Assembly (NCBI GenBank): GCA_041177245.1 | Contig: JBEDBL010000003.1 | Coordinates: forward strand, 1-35,236 | Reading direction: 5' to 3' | Length of the DNA stretch: 35,236 bases | DNA from: Verrucomicrobiota bacterium | GTDB taxonomy: Bacteria > Verrucomicrobiota > Verrucomicrobiia > Chthoniobacterales > JACTMZ01 | In this document: piece after piece, positions 10,077 to 17,209 of the stretch | How the letters are laid out: each line of letters starts with the position of its first letter | Position numbering within the stretch: the stretch's first letter is position 1 | Position numbers and translations under genes: made by a program | Notes under the pieces: model-generated | The model's database searches: none | Seen by the model: the letters and a program-made list of their open reading frames with translations, nothing else | What the model was told of the DNA's origin: nothing

Positions 10077-10158
10077 TGGTTTGCCGCGCGGCTGCCGGTT
10101 CAGGCCTGCGACCCTCGCACGGAGCGGACCCGCGCCGGACGACACGCGCGGCAAACCA
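10077..10158 (-). repeat. Intercistronic stem-loop (14-bp perfect inverted repeat) just after sbp
   Basis: tggtttgccgcgcg (10077-10090) pairs with cgcgcggcaaacca (10145-10158). An internal hairpin TGCGA-GGG-TCGCA lies on the transcribed strand. Confidence 0.75.
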
Positions 10159-10164
10159 AATTGT

Positions 10165-11181
10165 TCAAGGGGCGTAGATCTGGTCGAACACGCCTCCGTC
10201 GTTGAAGTGTTTCTTCTGCGCTTTCTGCCAGCCGCCGAATTTCTCGATGCTGACAAGCTTGAGCGGCTTGAAGGTGTCCGAGTATTTTTTCGCCGCCGCC
10301 GGATCGATCGGGCGGTAGAAGTGCTTGCCTGCAAGGTCTTGGCCCGTCGGCGTGTAGAGGAATTCGAGGTAAGCCTGCGCCACCTCGCGCGTTCCTTTTT
10401 TGTCGACCACCGAGTCGACAACGGCCACCGGTGGCTCGGCCAAAATGCTGAGCGACGGGTAAACGATCTCGTATTGGCCGGGATAAAGCTTCTTGATCAG
10501 GTAGGCCTCGTTCTCCCACGAAAGGAAAACATCGCCGATCCTCCGCTGCGTGAACGTGGTCGTCGATCCCCGCGCACCCGTGTCGAGCACCGGCACGTTT
10601 TTGTAAAGCTTGGTGACGAACTCCTTTACCTTGGCCTCGTCACCGCCGTTCTTCTCGAGCGCATATGCGTAGGCCGCGAGATAATTCCAACGCGCGCCTC
10701 CGGATGTTTTCGGATTCGGGGTGATGACGGAGACTCCGTCGCGGACCAGATCATCCCAGTCCTTGATACCCAGCGGGTTACCTTTGCGCACCACGAACAC
10801 GATCGTGGAGGTGTAGGGCGAGCTGTTGTGCGGCAGACGCGACTGCCAAGTTTTGGCCAGCAGGCCTGCGTTGGCGATGATGTCGATGTCGTAAGCTAGG
10901 GCCAGCGTCACCACGTCGGCTTCGAGTCCGTCGATGACCGAACGGGCCTGCTTGCCTGAACCGCCGTGCGACTGTTCAAAGCTGACTGATTGACCGCTTT
11001 TCTGCTCCCAGTATTGGGCGAAAGCTCGGTTGTAGTCCGTGTAGAATTCGCGCGTCGGATCATACGACACGTTCAGGATGGTATTCGCGCGTGCCCGCGG
11101 GGCGAGCAGCACGAACAATACGGCAAGGAGCAGCGCGGCGAAGAGGCGCGCGGCCGATCCGGTGATTGATGATGTATTCAT
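10165..11181 (-). CDS. sbp: Sulfate-binding periplasmic protein
   Basis: Signal peptide ending ARA, then [54 protein letters not shown]. Likely start is ATG at 11181. Confidence 0.94.
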   Translation of the reverse strand: MNTSSITGSAARLFAALLLAVLFVLLAPRARANTILNVSYDPTREFYTDYNRAFAQYWEQKSGQSVSFEQSHGGSGKQARSVIDGLEADVVTLALAYDIDIIANAGLLAKTWQSRLPHNSSPYTSTIVFVVRKGNPLGIKDWDDLVRDGVSVITPNPKTSGGARWNYLAAYAYALEKNGGDEAKVKEFVTKLYKNVPVLDTGARGSTTTFTQRRIGDVFLSWENEAYLIKKLYPGQYEIVYPSLSILAEPPVAVVDSVVDKKGTREVAQAYLEFLYTPTGQDLAGKHFYRPIDPAAAKKYSDTFKPLKLVSIEKFGGWQKAQKKHFNDGGVFDQIYAP

Positions 11182-11215
11182 GATATTTAGGGTTTTTGTG
11201 GTTTTGGTATTTTGG

Positions 11216-12811
11216 TCAGAAGGACAGTTGCACCTGCGTTGTGATGGCGTTGTTGTCGGGAGCATTTGCCCCGTCGGGCGCACCCCCGAGGAAGCTGGTG
11301 TAGTCGTATTGCAACGTGAGCTTGAGGTTCTCGTTGAGTATCCAGTTCAGCGCGGCGCCGAAGGTCGTCGACTGGCGTGCCCAGATGCTGGGATCCGAGT
11401 AGCCTGCTGCGAAGATGCCGTCGTCCACCGTGAGTTGCCCCGCGCGTGCAGCCACTTGCAGGGCGCCCCATCCGCCCGTCGAAGGACTGAACGGGCGATT
11501 GGGTTTGATCGCGCGAAACGAGTTCTTCTCGCCCGTCAGCATGTAGGACGCCGCAACTTGCCAAGCGAAGTTGGTGAAGTTTTCGGTGGTGGTGCTGGTG
11601 TTGGTGGCAGTGGACGTGGTGTTGAAGGTCCCCACGGTCTTGCCGTTCTTGTCTTTCACGCTCGTCGACTTGGAAACCTTCCCGGTCGTCGCTCCGGTCA
11701 CGCCCGCGGTGGACCAAGCGGCTTCAGCGTAGAGTCCGAACGGACCCCAGAAATAGGTCAGATTCGGGACGAACCGCACCTGCTCACCGGGGTTGGCCTG
11801 CGTCGCGTTGATCGTGCCGTTGTTGTAGGTGAAGAACTGCTGTTGGTTGGCTGTGCCGTAACGACCGAGGCCGTTGAGTTGCGGCGCATAGGTGACGCCC
11901 GCGCTGACAGTGAGTTCTCTGAGCGGTTCCCAGTCGGTGCGTGCGAACGGAGTGAGTGCCAGGCGACCTTGGAACTCTTTCGTGTTCTGCCCACCCGAAG
12001 ACAAATCGGAACTGCCCCCGTCGGGCTCGCCGTTGACCAAGCTGGCCCAGTATTGCGCCACGCCTCCGTAGACGTTGCCGTGCAACATCGCACCGATGGA
12101 ACGGTTGGGCGCCAGATACGTGGTGGTGATCAGATCTGTGAACCAACGGGCGTTGGCCGATTGCCAGCGCTCGATTCCGATGGGACTTTTCATTTTGCCC
12201 ACGCGCAGCTGCAGCCAATCCCACGCCTTCGCATTCACCCATGCGTCTTGAACCGTGACGGTGTTGGCTGGTGCGGTGTTCGTCACCCATAGCCCGGACG
12301 AAAGAAGATCGACTTGGAAAAGGAAGTCGAAGTTCCTTGCCACGGTTCCATCGGCGATGAGTCGTGCGCGGCGCATCAGGAAAGTGGATGTGTCATCAGG
12401 CGACTCGATGAAGAAGCGTCCCTGCGGTTGCAGCAAAGCTCCGAGATGGAACTTGTAGGCGTCTCCTTCCTCGACCGTGACCACTTGGTCGTAGCTCTGG
12501 CCGTCCGGACCCGTGACGATACGCGTCTCGGTGCGTTCCGGACTGGCCAAGCGGAAACCGCGCTGGTCCAGCGTGATAACGGGTGATTTCTCCAGTTTGT
12601 CCCGCAACGCGTCGTTGACCGTCGGTCGCGCCTCGAGAGCGGCGACTTTCGACTGCAACGCGTCGAGTTGAACTTTCAACTCGGCGAGACTTTGCGCCCC
12701 TGCGCCGGGCGTTGTGATGACCGAGACCAATCCTGCCACGAGTGGCAGGGCCACGCGCGAACCCCTCGGTAGCGATCCGCGCACGGACTGTATCATTACT
12801 GATAAAGTCAT
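11216..12811 (-). CDS. OprO/OprP-family anion-selective outer-membrane porin
   Basis: Signal peptide, coiled-coil N-terminus ([19 protein letters not shown]), [46 protein letters not shown]-terminal QVQLSF. AGGA lies upstream of the ATG. Confidence 0.85.
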   Translation of the reverse strand: MTLSVMIQSVRGSLPRGSRVALPLVAGLVSVITTPGAGAQSLAELKVQLDALQSKVAALEARPTVNDALRDKLEKSPVITLDQRGFRLASPERTETRIVTGPDGQSYDQVVTVEEGDAYKFHLGALLQPQGRFFIESPDDTSTFLMRRARLIADGTVARNFDFLFQVDLLSSGLWVTNTAPANTVTVQDAWVNAKAWDWLQLRVGKMKSPIGIERWQSANARWFTDLITTTYLAPNRSIGAMLHGNVYGGVAQYWASLVNGEPDGGSSDLSSGGQNTKEFQGRLALTPFARTDWEPLRELTVSAGVTYAPQLNGLGRYGTANQQQFFTYNNGTINATQANPGEQVRFVPNLTYFWGPFGLYAEAAWSTAGVTGATTGKVSKSTSVKDKNGKTVGTFNTTSTATNTSTTTENFTNFAWQVAASYMLTGEKNSFRAIKPNRPFSPSTGGWGALQVAARAGQLTVDDGIFAAGYSDPSIWARQSTTFGAALNWILNENLKLTLQYDYTSFLGGAPDGANAPDNNAITTQVQLSF

Positions 12812-12880
12812 GATTATTCCTTTCTTTGTGTTTTGTTTTCATTGATTCCGTGCGAAGGATCAGGCGAGGTTCTCGGTTAT

Positions 12881-12905
12881 AATCTTGACCAAGTCAATAA
12901 AGATT
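12881..12905. promoter_or_regulatory. Putative Rrf2-family (CymR/IscR-like) operator upstream of the sulfate operon
   Basis: 25-bp AATCTTGACCAAGTCAATAAAGATT with inverted ends AATCTT/AAGATT, in an AT-rich patch about 70 nt upstream of the porin start. Length and TTGAC core resemble IscR type-1 and CymR boxes. Confidence 0.5.
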
Positions 12906-13039
12906 TAATGCACGCACAAAAAAAGTTCATACGAGCCGTTAGGGGGCAAAAGCGGTCCCTAGGGAGGAGTTTCCCCTTGATCGAACGGAGTCTCTGTGTG
13001 GCGCCGGCTTTGGATCAATTCGACGCTGCGGAACTTTCG

Positions 13040-13423
13040 CCTGCGCTCGATGTGGCGATCGACTCAGGACAGCGCCACCGATGCCGAGGAATGGTTGCAT
13101 CGTGTGGAAAAATTGCGTGATCCAAGCCACGGGAGGTTTTTGAGTCCTGCGGCTTGCCGTGAACTGGGCGAAGCAGCGGCCTCGATGTGTTGCAGTGTGA
13201 GACGCGTCCCTTCAAACAGCCGGACCTCGAATGGTATTTCCGCACGGCAGGAACATCCGAGAGCAACCGCGCGGAAGTGCGCAAACTTGTCGCCCAAGCT
13301 CCCGACGAGGCCCATCGTGCGTTGGGCCTTACCGAGGAGGACGGAAAAGTCGTCTGGTGGTGGCCGAGATTGACTCTGCTGACCCGACGTCCTGAGGTTG
13401 CCAAAAGCGCCCTCCAAACGTAA
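13040..13423 (+). pseudogene. Decayed class I SAM-dependent methyltransferase (YcgJ-like C-terminal half)
   Basis: EEWLHRVEKLRDPSH is in one frame and QPDLEWYF...GKVVWWWPRLTL in the next, joined by an apparent 1-nt loss near 13178-13180 (would read EAAGLDVLQC). An ALDVA motif-I-like remnant lies just upstream in another frame. Boundaries are approximate. Confidence 0.55.
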
Positions 13424-13434
13424 CAATCCAGGAT

Positions 13435-14682
13435 ATGTCCACCGTTCTCGAGACGCCCGATGCTGCCGCCCGCACCCGTGCCGCCGAGGCTGAAGCGCGC
13501 CGCAAAGGGGAACTTCTCGGCGAGACCGTGACGCTCAACATGGGTCCGTCCCACCCGTCGACCCATGGTGTGCTGCGCATCGTGCTCGAGTTGGACGGCG
13601 AGATCATCACCAAGGCGGACGCGGACATCGGCTATCTGCACCGCGGCGACGAGAAGATCGCGGAGAACATGCAATACAACCAGTTCGTGCCCTACACGGA
13701 CCGGCTCGATTACCTCGCGCCCCTGGCCAACAACGTGGCTTACGCGCTGGCCGTGGAAAAACTGATGGGCTGGACGCTGCCGCCGCGCGGCCAAGCCATC
13801 CGCGTGATCTGCTGCGAGCTGGCGCGCATTTCCTCGCACCTGCTCGGCATCGGGGCTTACGCGATGGACATCGGCGCGATGTCCGTCTTTCTCTACACGT
13901 TCAAACACCGCGAGGTGGTTTACAATCTGACCGAGCAACTCACCGGTGCGCGTTTCACCACATCCTATACGCGGGTCGGCGGGATGACGCGCGATATCCC
14001 TCCCGGCTTCGAGCATCAGGTGCGCAATTTCATCAACGACCTGCTGCCGAGTCTCGCCGAGGTCGACAAACTGCTCACCCGCAATCCGATCTGGCTCGAC
14101 CGCACGAAAAACGTCGGCGTGATCAGCGGAGCCGATGCGATCGCCTACGGGCTCACCGGTCCCAACCTGCGAGGCTCCGGCGTGGATCACGATTTGCGCA
14201 AGGTCCACCCCTATCTCGGCTACGAGCAATACGATTTCGACGTGCCCATCGGTTCGGTGGGGGACTGCTTTGACCGCTACCTTGTGCGCATGGAGGAAAT
14301 GCGGCAGAGCGCACGGATTCTCACGCAGGCATTGGACAAACTTCCGTCGGGCCCGATCTGTGTCGAGGATCCGAAAAATATTTTGCCGAAGAAAACCGAC
14401 GTGATGACAAAGATGGAGGAACTCATCCACCAGTTCATCATCACCACGCAGGGCATCGATGCGCCGGTCGGCGAGGTTTACTTCGGGGCCGAGAACCCGA
14501 AGGGCGAACTTGGTTTTTACATTTGCAGCAAGGGCGGCGGCGTGCCGTATCGTTTGAAGATCCGCGCGCCCAGCTTCGCCAACCTCAGCATCATGCCGTC
14601 ACTCCTGCCCGGTCACTATGTGAGCGATGTTTCTGCCATCCTCGGAAGCATCGACTTCGTGATGGGCGAGTGTGACCGGTAG
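13435..14682 (+). CDS. nuoD: NADH-quinone oxidoreductase subunit D
   Basis: NMGPSHPSTHGVLR, IGYLHRG, DRLDY, ENPKGELG, RAPSF, C-terminal GSIDFVMGECDR. Confidence 0.95.
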   Translation: MSTVLETPDAAARTRAAEAEARRKGELLGETVTLNMGPSHPSTHGVLRIVLELDGEIITKADADIGYLHRGDEKIAENMQYNQFVPYTDRLDYLAPLANNVAYALAVEKLMGWTLPPRGQAIRVICCELARISSHLLGIGAYAMDIGAMSVFLYTFKHREVVYNLTEQLTGARFTTSYTRVGGMTRDIPPGFEHQVRNFINDLLPSLAEVDKLLTRNPIWLDRTKNVGVISGADAIAYGLTGPNLRGSGVDHDLRKVHPYLGYEQYDFDVPIGSVGDCFDRYLVRMEEMRQSARILTQALDKLPSGPICVEDPKNILPKKTDVMTKMEELIHQFIITTQGIDAPVGEVYFGAENPKGELGFYICSKGGGVPYRLKIRAPSFANLSIMPSLLPGHYVSDVSAILGSIDFVMGECDR

Positions 14683-14694
14683 CGGTTTTTGAAT

Positions 14695-14791
14695 AACCGC
14701 AGAGGGCGCAGAGAGCATAGAGGGGTTCTGAAATATTCCCTCCGGCTTCGGGGTGGATTTCTCCTCTGCGGACTCGGCGTCCGGTGAGGTT
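14695..14791. repeat. Degenerate palindromic intergenic element between convergent nuoD and infA
   Basis: Left arm aaccgcagagggcgcagagagcatagagg (14695-14723) and right arm cctctgcggactcggcgtccggtgaggtt (14763-14791) have 20 of 29 positions complementary, with an internal 9-nt gcagag periodicity. Confidence 0.5.
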
Positions 14792-14797
14792 TCCTTC

Positions 14798-15016
14798 TTA
14801 CCTCTCGCGGTAAGTGATCCGCGCCTTGGTCAGGTCGTAGGGGGAGATTTCGATCTGCACTTTGTCGCCCGGAACAATGCGGACGAAGTGCTTGCGCATT
14901 TTGCCGCCGATGTGCGCGAGCACCACGGTGCCGTTGGTCAACTTGACGCGGAACATTGTGCCGGGAAGCACTTCAACAACGACGCCTTCGGCGGGAATGG
15001 ACTCTTCTTTGGCCAT
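14798..15016 (-). CDS. infA: Translation initiation factor IF-1
   Basis: 72 aa: [26 protein letters not shown]...[33 protein letters not shown]. Confidence 0.97.
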   Translation of the reverse strand: MAKEESIPAEGVVVEVLPGTMFRVKLTNGTVVLAHIGGKMRKHFVRIVPGDKVQIEISPYDLTKARITYRER

Positions 15017-15039
15017 GGAGTCCGAGCAGTGAATCCTGC

Positions 15040-16122
15040 TTACGGCTCGAAATCAACCCACTTGACCAAAGAAGCGAGCCGCGGGATGCCGCCGTTGTGC
15101 CAAGTCCAATGCGGATCCTGCATGCTTCCGATGGGGCAAAACCTCGATGGACGCAACGCGGCGAAGCGGTCGGCGAGGTCCTCGGTGCAGGGACAAAGCC
15201 CGACCGCGCCGATATGCGCGGCGGCCGGACCGATCGAGTTGACGAAATCTTCGGGTAACGGTTTGACGAAAATGACGCGATTGAGCGGCGAGGCGGGAAA
15301 CCAAGAGTCCTCTTCGTAGACGACGGTCCAATCGAGATTCGCTCCGCCCTCCCACAGCGCGACGCGCAAATCGCCGGCCGCACGGAAGCGGTAAGCGGCG
15401 CGCAGATTGGCGATCTCCGCTTTTTCCGCCACGTTGAGCGGACCGCGTGCATGCGAGCGGTTGAAGCGCTCCATGGACGACGCCAGTTTTTCAGCATATT
15501 CGCGGGCGAAACCCGGTTGTATCTCCCGCACATAAAAAACCTGCGGCGAAAGACACCCTTGCTGGTCGTAGAGCGAGGCATCGCGCGCTGCCCCGTCGCA
15601 TGATGCGAACGCCGGGTCATCCCACACGATGCCCAAGCTGGCCCTGTGTCCGTGGCCGACAAAGACCTGCGAGGGTGACACCAACCCACGGAAATGCGCG
15701 ATGGTTTCGTCCGATCCGTAGACGATCACCGCTTCGGCTTGCGCCAACCAAGCAGAAGGCAAATCTTCCGCGGTTTCGACGGTGCTGCGCATGGCGTCGG
15801 GCAAGCCGGCGAGAAATTCATCCACCTCGATGATGCCGCCACGCGGGAGTTTGACCAGATTGCGGCTGCCGAGGAGGAGCCCGCCGATCAACGATTGCAG
15901 CGCGGCATGCGGCGTGTTGCCGCTGACCACATGCAGGATGGTCGCCGGTGCGACCGCTTTGGTCTTGGATTTTCCGTGGTCGACCCACCGATCGAGCGCA
16001 TCGGCGTTACCTAATTCGGACCGGACCCAAGCGAGTAAATCTTCCGGTGCGGTCGGGCCGAGCAGCGCGCGGAACGGCTCCGCAGCTTCGGCGACGGCGC
16101 TGGCGCGGCCGGACGTGTTCAT
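15040..16122 (-). CDS. LuxC-like acyl-CoA reductase
   Basis: [32 protein letters not shown], catalytic-type [33 protein letters not shown] at 16122 is coupled to the upstream stop (ATGA). Confidence 0.82.
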   Translation of the reverse strand: MNTSGRASAVAEAAEPFRALLGPTAPEDLLAWVRSELGNADALDRWVDHGKSKTKAVAPATILHVVSGNTPHAALQSLIGGLLLGSRNLVKLPRGGIIEVDEFLAGLPDAMRSTVETAEDLPSAWLAQAEAVIVYGSDETIAHFRGLVSPSQVFVGHGHRASLGIVWDDPAFASCDGAARDASLYDQQGCLSPQVFYVREIQPGFAREYAEKLASSMERFNRSHARGPLNVAEKAEIANLRAAYRFRAAGDLRVALWEGGANLDWTVVYEEDSWFPASPLNRVIFVKPLPEDFVNSIGPAAAHIGAVGLCPCTEDLADRFAALRPSRFCPIGSMQDPHWTWHNGGIPRLASLVKWVDFEP

Positions 16123-17126
16123 CGCAGCCATTCGTCCGCAGCGCGAGAGCATCCGCGGGGCAGGGCCGAGGGATCGCGCCCGAGCAACTGGAAAGCCTCG
16201 CCGCCTTTGACCGCGAGATCCTGCGTCCTGATGCCGACCACCGATCCGACATTGGCCGCATCATAGATCAGAAGTATTCCCGTTTCGCCGTCGGCGACTT
16301 CCCGCAGCGTGACCGGATCGGCGACCACGGCGCGCGCCCAAGGTGGACCGTGGTGCAAGCCTTGCGGCCCGCGCGCGTAGAATTGCGAACTCAGCTCGGT
16401 CATGCCGTATTCATTGTAGATGTCATCCGGCGATATGCCGAGCCTGTCTCCGAACATGTCGTAAAGATCCCCGCGCGAAACATTGCGCCCGCTGCCTTTG
16501 TATCCGCCGGTTTCCATGGCGGTCGAACCGCCGGGCAACGTCAGCGTGAGATGACTTGTTTCCATCCGCTCGAACAAATTGAGAAATCCGAGTGCTGTGC
16601 CGAGCAAGCAGACCGGTTGATCGATGGACTTCAATCGTTCGATATCGATGACCCCGGCGGCAGCGATGAAGTTGTCGCGCGGCGCGAGGGTGCCGAGCAT
16701 GTGGCTTAGCGAGGAATGAGGGGATTCGTCGGGATGGGGTGCGATGACGAGGAACGGTCCGGCCGGCATATTCGCCCGACGCCACCCCTCCCGCACGACG
16801 GCTTCGTAAATTTCCAGCGTGCGGAAATGATGCTGTCCGAATCCCTCGCCGGTCGTCCCGCTGGTGCGGAAAGTTTTGACGGTATCATCGGCCGAAAAGC
16901 TGCGCAGGTCGGCATGCTTGAAGGCCGACTGCGGAACACAGGGCACATCTCGCCAGAGATCCGGTGTCTCCCCGACGCCCGATTGGCCGCAAAAAAGTCG
17001 GTAAGCGGAGTTGTTGCGGTATTGGAACGCGTGCAACCGGAGAACAGTTTCAGCGAAGTCCGCCGGGCGGTTCCCCTCGATCCACGCGAGAACCTGTGCC
17101 TCCAGATCGACGGCGGAATGTGACAT
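16119..17126 (-). CDS. LuxE-like acyl-protein synthetase (ANL-type)
   Basis: FQYRNN..YR, FRTSGTTG, METGGYKG, NEYGMTELSSQFY, TQDL, LLGR, C-terminal PRGCS (LuxE acylated-Cys motif). Likely start is ATG at 17126. Confidence 0.85.
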   Translation of the reverse strand: MSHSAVDLEAQVLAWIEGNRPADFAETVLRLHAFQYRNNSAYRLFCGQSGVGETPDLWRDVPCVPQSAFKHADLRSFSADDTVKTFRTSGTTGEGFGQHHFRTLEIYEAVVREGWRRANMPAGPFLVIAPHPDESPHSSLSHMLGTLAPRDNFIAAAGVIDIERLKSIDQPVCLLGTALGFLNLFERMETSHLTLTLPGGSTAMETGGYKGSGRNVSRGDLYDMFGDRLGISPDDIYNEYGMTELSSQFYARGPQGLHHGPPWARAVVADPVTLREVADGETGILLIYDAANVGSVVGIRTQDLAVKGGEAFQLLGRDPSALPRGCSRAADEWLR

Positions 17127-17209
17127 GGCGCTATCCTGCCATTCCCAGACGGCCGGCAAACCTCATTTTCTCCTCGCGCCCGCGGCGCGGTGCGGCAAAT
17201 CCTTGGATT

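Noticed and set aside
12396-12842. [14 protein letters not shown]... overlapping the porin start, as a leader peptide or alternative start
   Set aside because: It is out of frame with the porin, has no Cys/Met-rich sensing tract, and the porin ATG has its own AGGA and signal peptide.
15040-17126. Bioluminescence operon
   Set aside because: No luxA, luxB or luxD is in the window; LuxE/LuxC-like pairs also occur in non-luminous bacteria.
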